Virus record (IMG/VR): IMGVR_UViG_3300032143_000016
Location: 1 to 27,119 of that record
Reading direction: 5' to 3' (one strand)
Source: a virus
Taxonomy: Duplodnaviria > Caudoviricetes
Length of the DNA: 27,119 bases
The first letter of the stretch is position 1. Each line of letters opens with the position of its first letter. A program made the translations under genes and the position numbers. A model generated the notes under the pieces. The model did no database searches. It was not told where the DNA came from and saw only the letters and a list, made by a program, of their open reading frames with translations. Below are positions 18,936 to 26,079 of this stretch, piece by piece.

Positions 18936-18971
18936 GCAAACAGCAAAAAAGTCAATAATATTGCCTGCTCG

Positions 18972-19326
18972 TGTAACGTACTGTTACACGTTGTTACACT
19001 TTTTGTAACACTCTTTTTGCCAATCAAATCAAAATCTTATCTATGACGTTTTCAAAGTGTAACAGTGTAACAAGAGGGGGGTAGACACATATGTGTAAAA
19101 TAAAAAAAATTTTTATTTATCTTTATATATATCTATCTCTTTTTGTTACATTTTATATATTATATAGTATAAGTATAAGTAATCATTAAAAAAAAGTGGT
19201 GTAACAGGCGTGTAACATTTGTTACATTTTGCTGTAACTTACTGATATTACAAATAAAAAATGTAACAAAATGTAACAGAATCCCTGATCAAAAAAAATA
19301 CACATCAATAAAATCAAACAGTTACA
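18972..19326. repeat. Putative replication origin: TGTWACA iterons around an AT-rich core
   Basis: 11 exact TGTWACA copies (18982, 18992, 19004, 19058, 19066, 19144, 19200, 19211, 19220, 19262, 19272) and 4 one-mismatch copies (18972, 19233, 19246, 19320), non-coding, directly after the primase gene. Confidence 0.75.
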
Positions 19327-19335
19327 AAATAGTGC

Positions 19336-19362
19336 TAAAGTTTTTCACAGATATGCCGATGA
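19336..19362 (+). promoter_or_regulatory. Sigma-28 (FliA/SigD)-type promoter
   Basis: TAAAGTTT-N11-GCCGATGA versus consensus TAAAGTTT-N11-GCCGATAA; intergenic; ends about 20 nt upstream of an AAGGAG SD (ATG at 19394). Confidence 0.75.
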
Positions 19363-19393
19363 GGTTTATGTAAGTAAACAAAAAGGAGACAAA

Positions 19394-19579
19394 ATGTTTA
19401 CAAAAAAATGGCAGATCTACAAAGGACATAAATTTAATTTGAGAAGTTACCGCTTAAATTCACGCTGGATTTTCGCAATTTATTTGGACGGCGAAAGAAT
19501 GACCGAATGGTTTGAAAAATCAAGTGAAGCAATTGCAGATTTTAAATCAGGTATTGACGATATTGTTGAGGGTGATTAA
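19394..19579 (+). CDS. Small putative early protein
   Basis: Strong AAGGAG SD; first gene after the promoter. Confidence 0.7.
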   Translation: MFTKKWQIYKGHKFNLRSYRLNSRWIFAIYLDGERMTEWFEKSSEAIADFKSGIDDIVEGD

Positions 19580-19786
19580 ATGGACAAACTACTCGAACGA
19601 TACGTAAACATCATCAAAACGATGGCAAAGATGAGGCATCCTGATACGGCGGCTTTGTATTTTTTGATGGATCAAAAACGCAAAGAAATTCACGAAGAGA
19701 TTTTAAGGGAAACTTGCAAGACAAGGGACGATAAAGAGTTTGCACTAGAATTAGCAGAATATGTTGAACAATTTTTATCGGAGTAA
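19580..19786 (+). CDS. Small hypothetical protein
   Basis: GAGGGTG SD; abuts the previous stop codon. Confidence 0.7.
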   Translation: MDKLLERYVNIIKTMAKMRHPDTAALYFLMDQKRKEIHEEILRETCKTRDDKEFALELAEYVEQFLSE

Positions 19787-19790
19787 AACT

Positions 19791-20186
19791 ATGTGTAATT
19801 TGAGACCAAACTTTTTTCAGTATGACGGACAATGTTTTCCACAGCCAGCACATCTTTACATCGATGAGAAGGGTGAGATAACGACAGAGTATGCAGAGGG
19901 AAATGGTTGTAGTAGACAAGTTTTCGACGGAAGCGTGCTACAGTTTAGAATCGATGAAAAACTGACGGAAAACGAAATAGAAGAATTGATAAAATAAATC
20001 GAGCCTTTGGCTAAAAAAATTCACGAAGAGTATCCATGTGGATGGCAAGGGACTAAGTTCACGAGAGGGTGTTCCGAAACTTTAGCAGAGCTATGCCATG
20101 ATATCGAGTGGATTTGTTCACAAACTGGAAGTGATGATTTTGATAAATGTGATGATAAAAATTGCGAGTATTGTAATGCTAATTAA
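19791..20186 (+). pseudogene. Hypothetical gene interrupted by an in-frame TAA at 19995-19997
   Basis: GGAG SD and ATG 19791; the frame stays open for 62 more codons after the stop and ends overlapping the next gene start. Confidence 0.55.
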
Positions 20187-20346
20187 AAAGAAAAAATCAA
20201 AGACAAAAATAGTCTCGATCAGAATAGACGAAGAACTGATCGAGTACTGCAAACAACACGGAATCGATATCGGGAAAACTCTTAGAACACTTTTAACGAG
20301 GGAGATCGAAAATGAGAAAACTACTACTAAGCCTAATCCTGATTAG
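20176..20346 (+). CDS. Ribbon-helix-helix DNA-binding protein
   Basis: KTKIVSIRIDEELIEYCKQHGIDIGKTLRTLL is an RHH pattern. Confidence 0.7.
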   Translation: MLIKKKKSKTKIVSIRIDEELIEYCKQHGIDIGKTLRTLLTREIENEKTTTKPNPD

Positions 20347-21142
20347 TTGTGGGTCAGAGCAAAACCCTACAGTATCTCAAAACCCAACAGAAGAATCTGG
20401 TCCAAAAAGCAGGGGGGACAATGGACCAACTACAAGTATCGAGAAAGAAAAAGAAAATAAGAAAATGGACACTAAAGTTATTTCCGATAGACAACTTAGC
20501 CTAGCTCTAAAATCGAAAAGCGAACTTCCAGAATGCGGAACTGATAACGAGAATCAATTGGTGTATGTAAAAGACACGAAAGAGTTTTTTAGTTGTGAAC
20601 TAGGTACGTGGGCAACTATCGAAATGCCAGAAACTAAAGACGGCACATCAGGCGTGGACGGGAAAGACGGCACTAACGGACAAGACGGCATAGCAGGGAC
20701 GAACGGCCTCAACGGTGAAGCTGGACAAGACGCCCTAACCGTTAACGCCCTTAACCCAGATGGATCGATTCTAGGCCGCTTTTTAGGCTTAAATACAGCA
20801 ACAAATGAATATTATGTTATCGATGGAAAAAATAGATATCAAATCACAAAATCAAGTGGAGCATTGCCCAATGCTTATTTAGTTTTTGCAGGACTGGACT
20901 GTACCGGAGAATCAAGGCTAGTAATGCAGAATGGAATGTTTTCAAATGTGTTTATTGATGGTCGTGACAATACAACTGCTTGGAAAATGAAAGGACAGAA
21001 TCTTGGAAGCTTCACTCGTTTATCGAGAATACCAGCCGCAAATAGCTGTCAAAACGAATCTGGACTTTCGACAAACTCGTATCAATATGAACAAATTATT
21101 TTGCCTAGATATCCATTGACCGGCGTTGATATTAAAAACTAA
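20312..21142 (+). CDS. Lipoprotein with collagen-like repeat
   Basis: GGGAG SD; lipobox LILISC; ten G-X-Y triplets at 20642-20731. Confidence 0.8.
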   Translation: MRKLLLSLILISCGSEQNPTVSQNPTEESGPKSRGDNGPTTSIEKEKENKKMDTKVISDRQLSLALKSKSELPECGTDNENQLVYVKDTKEFFSCELGTWATIEMPETKDGTSGVDGKDGTNGQDGIAGTNGLNGEAGQDALTVNALNPDGSILGRFLGLNTATNEYYVIDGKNRYQITKSSGALPNAYLVFAGLDCTGESRLVMQNGMFSNVFIDGRDNTTAWKMKGQNLGSFTRLSRIPAANSCQNESGLSTNSYQYEQIILPRYPLTGVDIKN

Positions 21143-21438
21143 ACATCCTCAACTCGAACGCAGCATAATGCTGCGGTTCTTATGTATCTAGACACATTCC
21201 CGTCAGTTAATTTTTTTGCTTGCTGATAAACATGTAAATATTCTTCTAAAGACATTTTTAAAAGCATAAGTCTAGTTCGCTTGCATTCTAATTCACGATC
21301 CATTCGCGGTCGTTTATAATCCAATGCTGCATAACGTAAAAACGCAGAAACATTCCCGTCAAAAAACTCACGTGCCATCTTGTACAACACAAAAGATTCT
21401 GTTTCGTTTACTTTTATTATCAATTGTTTTGGTTTCAT
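21139..21438 (-). CDS. Tandem (duplicated) RHH-like protein
   Basis: Two repeats: ...FDGNVSAFLRYAAL and ...TDGNVSRYIRTAAL; AAGGA SD. Confidence 0.7.
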   Translation of the reverse strand: MKPKQLIIKVNETESFVLYKMAREFFDGNVSAFLRYAALDYKRPRMDRELECKRTRLMLLKMSLEEYLHVYQQAKKLTDGNVSRYIRTAALCCVRVEDV

Positions 21439-21446
21439 AATTGTCC

Positions 21447-21485
21447 TTTACTTAATCACCATTTTTTAGTATATATATATATACT
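21447..21485. promoter_or_regulatory. Divergent promoter region with an 18-bp (TA)n palindrome
   Basis: TTTACT-N17-TATATA on the + strand; AGTATATATATATATACT at 21468-21485. Confidence 0.45.
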
Positions 21486-21497
21486 GACGAGGTGTAA

Positions 21498-21629
21498 ATG
21501 AAAAAAAATAAAGCTTTAATCGCAGCACAAAAAGCCTTTGAACAAAGGGAAAGAAACGTTTCTTGGATTTACGTTATTATCGCTTTGCTCATTTTAGGTA
21601 CAGTATGTCTGATCCTCATTCGCTCTTAA
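21498..21629 (+). CDS. Small membrane protein (43 aa; not in the ORF track)
   Basis: GAGGTG SD; MKKNKALIAAQKAFEQRERNVSWIYVIIALLILGTVCLILIRS. Confidence 0.65.
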   Translation: MKKNKALIAAQKAFEQRERNVSWIYVIIALLILGTVCLILIRS

Positions 21630-21856
21630 TTCTGGACACAGGTTATACAGCTTTATGCCCAAATTGCTATGCTCGATATAATTGTAAACAACAATTTATC
21701 AATAAGGAAAGGAATATAGAATTCGTTCAATGCCCATCGTGCATTGAAAAAGAAAAAAAGTCTTTAGCGGAAAGGGTTATTTATGTTGAAAAAAAAGAAC
21801 GAATTGCGGAGCGTGAAGAACGATATAAAGGAATGTACGAAGACGCAGAGGCCTAG
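21605..21856 (+). CDS. Zn-finger hypothetical protein
   Basis: CPNC...CPSC; likely ATG at 21605 after AGGT. Confidence 0.6.
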   Translation: MSDPHSLLILDTGYTALCPNCYARYNCKQQFINKERNIEFVQCPSCIEKEKKSLAERVIYVEKKERIAEREERYKGMYEDAEA

Positions 21857-22117
21857 TTGACTAGGGCATTTATCGTCGTTGTTCTCATGGTCTTTTCGTA
21901 TTTTATTGGAGAACGACACGCTACATATCGGGAAGAACGCGAATATATTCGATCAATATTGGAATACAAAAAGATAATTCATTCTTATAACGATTCGATA
22001 AATAAACTTGATGACTATTACGCAAACGCATGCACCGAAGAGATAGTAAAGGTAATGGAAAAATACGGATCAAAGAAAACTATTAAATCGACAATGAAAA
22101 ATATCGGGGGTGAGTAA
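21857..22117 (+). CDS. N-anchored membrane hypothetical protein
   Basis: GAGG SD, TTG start, N-terminal TM. Confidence 0.6.
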   Translation: MTRAFIVVVLMVFSYFIGERHATYREEREYIRSILEYKKIIHSYNDSINKLDDYYANACTEEIVKVMEKYGSKKTIKSTMKNIGGE

Positions 22118-22183
22118 ATGTTAACAATTTTTTAGAATGATTTTGATGTTGCAAAAATTTGTTGGGTTGTGGGGATTAAAAAA

Positions 22184-22444
22184 ATGATCGAACAAAAATT
22201 AAAAGAACTAAACTTACATCCAGATTTACATCAACTATGTACCAATTTGGCAACCAAAATGTTAATAGAAAAAAACATACAGCCATCACAATGGGTTTCG
22301 GCATGTCTTATCATTGCATATATTGTTGAATCGATAGCATTACAAACTACAAATAAAAAGCCTGGTGAACTTTACGGATATCTAAAGACACTAGCAGAGA
22401 TATCGAGCGAAGCATATAGATCAGCATTAGAGGATAAGATATGA
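22184..22444 (+). CDS. Hypothetical protein
   Basis: GGGGA SD before ATG 22184. Confidence 0.6.
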   Translation: MIEQKLKELNLHPDLHQLCTNLATKMLIEKNIQPSQWVSACLIIAYIVESIALQTTNKKPGELYGYLKTLAEISSEAYRSALEDKI

Positions 22445-22533
22445 AGCGTGATTTATACATTATTCTAGCAGTATTAGGTGCTTTGTGGATCATTATGAGT
22501 ATTTACACTTTAATAAAAATATGGAGTTTGTGA
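22441..22533 (+). CDS. Small TM peptide (30 aa; not in the ORF track)
   Basis: GAGGA SD, ATGA overlap; MKRDLYIILAVLGALWIIMSIYTLIKIWSL. Confidence 0.55.
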   Translation: MKRDLYIILAVLGALWIIMSIYTLIKIWSL

Positions 22534-22537
22534 ATAG

Positions 22538-22750
22538 ATGAAAAAAAATAATTTTGTAGATTTTGAAAAGTTAGCAATATTGTCAGATGAATTACTTAAT
22601 TGGATACAATCAAAAGATTTAAAATACGCAGAGATATTATTTTTATTGTCAGATGTAAAATTACGTCACGAGTCTGAAATACTATTGCAAATAGTAAGAG
22701 ATGTGAAAAACAAGGAAATTTGTACTAATGAACTACGAAAAAGAATTTAA
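22538..22750 (+). CDS. Hypothetical protein
   Basis: 70-aa ORF in a packed operon. Confidence 0.55.
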   Translation: MKKNNFVDFEKLAILSDELLNWIQSKDLKYAEILFLLSDVKLRHESEILLQIVRDVKNKEICTNELRKRI

Positions 22751-22901
22751 CGAATGGCTTGAGACTAAACCAGAAAATTATGAGTTTGTCCGTGATGCTA
22801 TGCGAAAAGCATGGGTTTTGGACGACAAAAAAAGAAAAGGTCTTGCAGTAACGTATGTTAAAAGTGAGATGGATTTGTGTAAGGATAAAAATGATGAATA
22901 A
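22728..22901 (+). CDS. Hypothetical protein (57 aa; not in the ORF track)
   Basis: AAGGA SD; MNYEKEFNEWLETKPENYEF...; fills the gap between neighbouring genes. Confidence 0.55.
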   Translation: MNYEKEFNEWLETKPENYEFVRDAMRKAWVLDDKKRKGLAVTYVKSEMDLCKDKNDE

Positions 22902-23106
22902 TGATATGTATCGATTACTCTCAATTGACATAAAAGTTACAGAAGAGAACGTAGCATTAGAAATATTTAAAATACTTTTAACCTCAAGTTTACATCTAAA
23001 TAATGAACATTTTAGTCTTGTTTCTTCTGAAGAAATTATTTTGACAACCGAATCTCTGACAAAAATATTTATGGACAGAATTATAACTAAACTGAGGGAG
23101 AAATAA
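22891..23106 (+). CDS. Hypothetical protein
   Basis: AAGGA SD before ATGATG. Confidence 0.55.
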   Translation: MMNNDMYRLLSIDIKVTEENVALEIFKILLTSSLHLNNEHFSLVSSEEIILTTESLTKIFMDRIITKLREK

Positions 23107-23109
23107 AAA

Positions 23110-23193
23110 ATGAACAAGTATAGGAAAAAACCAGTAGTTGATGATGAGATATACACACACAGTTGCCTTGATTACAAGGAGTGTGAAAAATGA
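23110..23193 (+). pseudogene. Truncated KYRKKPVV-family phage gene remnant
   Basis: GAGGGAG SD; MNKYRKKPVV followed by 17 unrelated residues and a stop. Confidence 0.45.
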
Positions 23194-23462
23194 AACTCTG
23201 GGAATTAGAAAAGGGTAGGAAGGTTAGAGTAGTAACTTGGGAATACCTTAACTATGTGCATTATAATGATAAATTAGAACATTGGTTTGGGGATGACAAT
23301 AAACTAGCAAACAAATTAATCGGAGAATATATCTATTCCGAACACTGGGAATACTACGAGGAATCATTGTACCCCGCAAAGACTAACAAAGAAATTATTG
23401 ATGAGATAAAGGTTTTGATTAATCAATTGGAAGTAAAGCTATGTCTAAAGGAGAAATTATGA
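23190..23462 (+). CDS. Hypothetical protein
   Basis: AAGGAG SD; ATGA overlaps at both ends. Confidence 0.65.
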   Translation: MKLWELEKGRKVRVVTWEYLNYVHYNDKLEHWFGDDNKLANKLIGEYIYSEHWEYYEESLYPAKTNKEIIDEIKVLINQLEVKLCLKEKL

Positions 23463-23740
23463 TTGGAAAATTTGTAGTAGTTAGAACGTATTCAGCAGGT
23501 GTGCACACAGGATTTTTGAAATCTCAAAACGGTAAAGAAATTGAATTAACTGAAGCTAGAAGAATTTGGCGTTGGGCTGGTGCGAATACTTTGAATGAAG
23601 TAGCTAATAACGGTGTTGATGAAAAGTACACTAGAATATCTGATCCTGTCTCGGAATTAAAGTTAACTGAAGCTATTGAAATCATCCCAACAACAAAAGT
23701 AGCAGAAATAAATTTAAGGAAATCACGATGGGAGAAATAA
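23459..23740 (+). CDS. DUF6948-like phage protein
   Basis: VVVRTYSAGVHTG, ARRIWRW, LTEAIEIIP motifs; AAGGAG SD. Confidence 0.75.
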   Translation: MIGKFVVVRTYSAGVHTGFLKSQNGKEIELTEARRIWRWAGANTLNEVANNGVDEKYTRISDPVSELKLTEAIEIIPTTKVAEINLRKSRWEK

Positions 23741-23931
23741 TTATTTACGATGGCGATGGCTCTGGCTCTGGCTATGGCTATGGCTATGGCGATGGCTCTG
23801 GCTATGGCTTTGGCTCTGGCTTTGGCTCTGGCTCTGGCTATGGCGATGGCTATGGCGATGGCTATGGCGATGGCTATGGCTCTGGCTATGGCTATGGCGA
23901 TGGCGATGGCGATGGCGATGGTAAAGGATAA
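23728..23931 (+). CDS. Gly-rich (G-[DSYF])n low-complexity protein
   Basis: AAGGA SD 7 nt before the ATG; such peptides commonly accompany DUF6948-like genes. Confidence 0.6.
   Translation: MGEIIIYDGDGSGSGYGYGYGDGSGYGFGSGFGSGSGYGDGYGDGYGDGYGSGYGYGDGDGDGDGKG
23749..23922 (+). repeat. 6-bp tandem repeat, 29 units of (GAT/TCT/TAT/TTT)GGC (last unit ends GGT)
   Basis: Read directly from the sequence. Confidence 0.95.
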
Positions 23932-24103
23932 AGTTATGTCTAAAATAATAAATGAAAAAGCATATAAAAAATACATTGATGAGAAATGCTACACGCTAGA
24001 CGCATCAATCAGAACGCACCTGGTGTGAGGCCGAGAAGGCTTGTCTATCAACGACAAATACCAGCGCAATTAAAGCAAGAATATTTCTTTCGGAGTTATA
24101 AGA

Positions 24104-24385
24104 ATGATGCCAAGAAGGATAGTAATAAGTTCGCTTGCTGCTAGATATCACAAAAAAGATGGATGGACTTTAGATGTACTCAATAAGTACTTGGTTAAAG
24201 GTAAGTTTCGTGAGATGGGTTTTCTGAATAGTGCAGATGAAGATAAGTACCACATTTTAGAACCAGGAAGTTCTATTGATGTCGATAGACTGTTAAAGGA
24301 TTTTCCAGATGTAGAAGTTGTTGCGAGTTTTGAAGAAGATAAGGGAATGGCAAAGAAGGAATTGTTAGAGTCTAGAAATTGGTGA
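24104..24385 (+). CDS. Hypothetical protein
   Basis: GGAG SD; 93 aa. Confidence 0.6.
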   Translation: MMPRRIVISSLAARYHKKDGWTLDVLNKYLVKGKFREMGFLNSADEDKYHILEPGSSIDVDRLLKDFPDVEVVASFEEDKGMAKKELLESRNW

Positions 24386-24421
24386 GAAGTATTTTAGTAC
24401 AGTTTTATATGGAGATAATTA

Positions 24422-25201
24422 GTGATGAATGATTTACAGGTGTTTAATGGTAAAGCAACAGTAAGTAGTTTAGTTTTGGCAAATAGGTTTAAAAAGAGGC
24501 ATGACAACATTCTTCAGACTATAAATAATCTTGAAGTAAATCAGGATTTTCGTCTCCTGAATTTTCAGCCGACCTCGTATCTTGATACTTGGGGTAGAGA
24601 ACAACCTATGATTCTACTGACTAGAGATGGGTTCACTCTAGTCGCAATGGGACTGACTGGAAAAGAGGCACTGGAGTGGAAAATAAAATTCCTCGATGCC
24701 TTTAATAAAATGGAAGCATTTATTTTAGAAAATGCACCACAAGATAGTACACCAATATTAAAATGGGCGGAGGCAAGATTAGAAGGTAAACTTGCCAGAA
24801 GAAATTTAACTGATGTTATAAAATACGAACTTATTCCTCATGCAATATCTAATGGATCTAAAAGTGCAAATAAATACTATATTCATTACTCAAAACTCAT
24901 GCACTTATTTTTGGAAGACAAAGACTTTAAAACACCGTCTGGAAGCAATTTAAGAGATTGTTTAAGTGTTGCGGATCTTGGTTTATTTAAAAAAGCTGAA
25001 ACTAGAATGGCGCAATGGATTCATGAAGAGATTGAAAATAAAACTGACTATCATATTATTTATAAAAAATGCAAAGAACGCATGCTCAGTATTATTGAGC
25101 TACTTGGTAAGATAGAGCCTGTTCTTCCAGCTATAAAACCAGTCCCCTTGTTACCCAAGAACAATGTTATAACACTAAAAGTTGGGGATAACGAAAGATG
25201 A
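24422..25201 (+). CDS. rha: Rha-family phage regulatory protein
   Basis: VSSLVLANRFKKRHDNIL, LTRDGFTLVAMGLTGKEALEWKIKFLDAFNKME. Confidence 0.9.
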   Translation: MMNDLQVFNGKATVSSLVLANRFKKRHDNILQTINNLEVNQDFRLLNFQPTSYLDTWGREQPMILLTRDGFTLVAMGLTGKEALEWKIKFLDAFNKMEAFILENAPQDSTPILKWAEARLEGKLARRNLTDVIKYELIPHAISNGSKSANKYYIHYSKLMHLFLEDKDFKTPSGSNLRDCLSVADLGLFKKAETRMAQWIHEEIENKTDYHIIYKKCKERMLSIIELLGKIEPVLPAIKPVPLLPKNNVITLKVGDNER

Positions 25202-25323
25202 GTAAAGCATACGGACTAGGAAGACATGTAGGACAACAAGAAGGTGCAGTTATCGCCACGTCTTTATTGGTGACTGCGTATCTAATAATTAAGAATGCTT
25301 TGAAGGAATGGAAAAAGAAATGA
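25198..25323 (+). CDS. Small TM peptide (41 aa; not in the ORF track)
   Basis: ATGA overlaps at both ends; MSKAYGLGRHVGQQEGAVIATSLLVTAYLIIKNALKEWKKK. Confidence 0.55.
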   Translation: MSKAYGLGRHVGQQEGAVIATSLLVTAYLIIKNALKEWKKK

Positions 25324-25523
25324 TTAAATACTTCGCTTTATCACCACAACGCACATTTACTTTTGATACTGGTTTTGTCGTCCTAGATAAGTCAGGAGAA
25401 AAATACTATTTTGAATCACAAGACCTGGCACGTAAAGTAATGGATGAACAAGAATTCTCTGATCTCTTTTCTGAACAACCTGAAGATAGGATAATACTAG
25501 ATGAAAATTACGATTGCATGTAA
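25320..25523 (+). CDS. Hypothetical acidic protein
   Basis: ATGA-coupled start at 25320. Confidence 0.55.
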   Translation: MIKYFALSPQRTFTFDTGFVVLDKSGEKYYFESQDLARKVMDEQEFSDLFSEQPEDRIILDENYDCM

Positions 25524-26079
25524 AGGTCATACCTCGATCCCAGTTGACGAGCTGACGGAATTCCAGGGTAACCTAAAGGAATTATCAAACGTCAATGCAG
25601 AACGCTTAATGAAACAAATAATAGAGCATGGTTTCTCGGCACCTCTTTTCGTCTGGAAACATGCTGGGAAAAATTACATTCTCGATGGGCATCAACGCTT
25701 AACTGTTGTACGTAAGATGATTAAAGATGGTTGGGAATGCCCAGAACTACCTTGCGATATCATTGAGGCGAAGACAAAGAAGGAAGCTAAAGAGAAACTA
25801 CTATCTTACATCTCTCAATTCGGATCGGTATCTGATCAAGGGTTGTTTGATTTCGTCGGTTTGGATTTAACATTTGATGAACTAGCAGAATATAAATTTC
25901 CTGATTTTAATCTCGATAATTTTAAGAATAATTTCTTTGATAAAGATGTAGAAGACAAAGAAGACAAAAAGGAAAAAATAGATAAATTTTTAATCACAAT
26001 TGAATGTAGAGACGAAGAAGAACAACAAGAATTATTCAGGGAATTTGAACAACGAGAAATTAAAGTGAAATATTTATGA
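25501..26079 (+). CDS. ParB/Srx N-terminal domain protein
   Basis: HGFSAPLFVW and YILDGHQRL motifs. Confidence 0.85.
   Translation: MKITIACKGHTSIPVDELTEFQGNLKELSNVNAERLMKQIIEHGFSAPLFVWKHAGKNYILDGHQRLTVVRKMIKDGWECPELPCDIIEAKTKKEAKEKLLSYISQFGSVSDQGLFDFVGLDLTFDELAEYKFPDFNLDNFKNNFFDKDVEDKEDKKEKIDKFLITIECRDEEEQQELFREFEQREIKVKYL

Noticed and set aside
18972-19326. TGTWACA array as a CRISPR array or ncRNA
   Set aside because: Units are only 7 bp, in mixed orientation and irregularly spaced; an origin fits better.
22725-23156. 143-aa minus-strand ORF
   Set aside because: Antisense to SD-bearing + strand genes; Phe/Ile/Ser-rich composition typical of a shadow frame.
23524-24028. ORFs encoding (MA)n on the + strand and (IA)n on the - strand
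   Set aside because: Shadow frames of the stop-free 6-bp repeat; the Gly-rich frame has the SD and the expected context.
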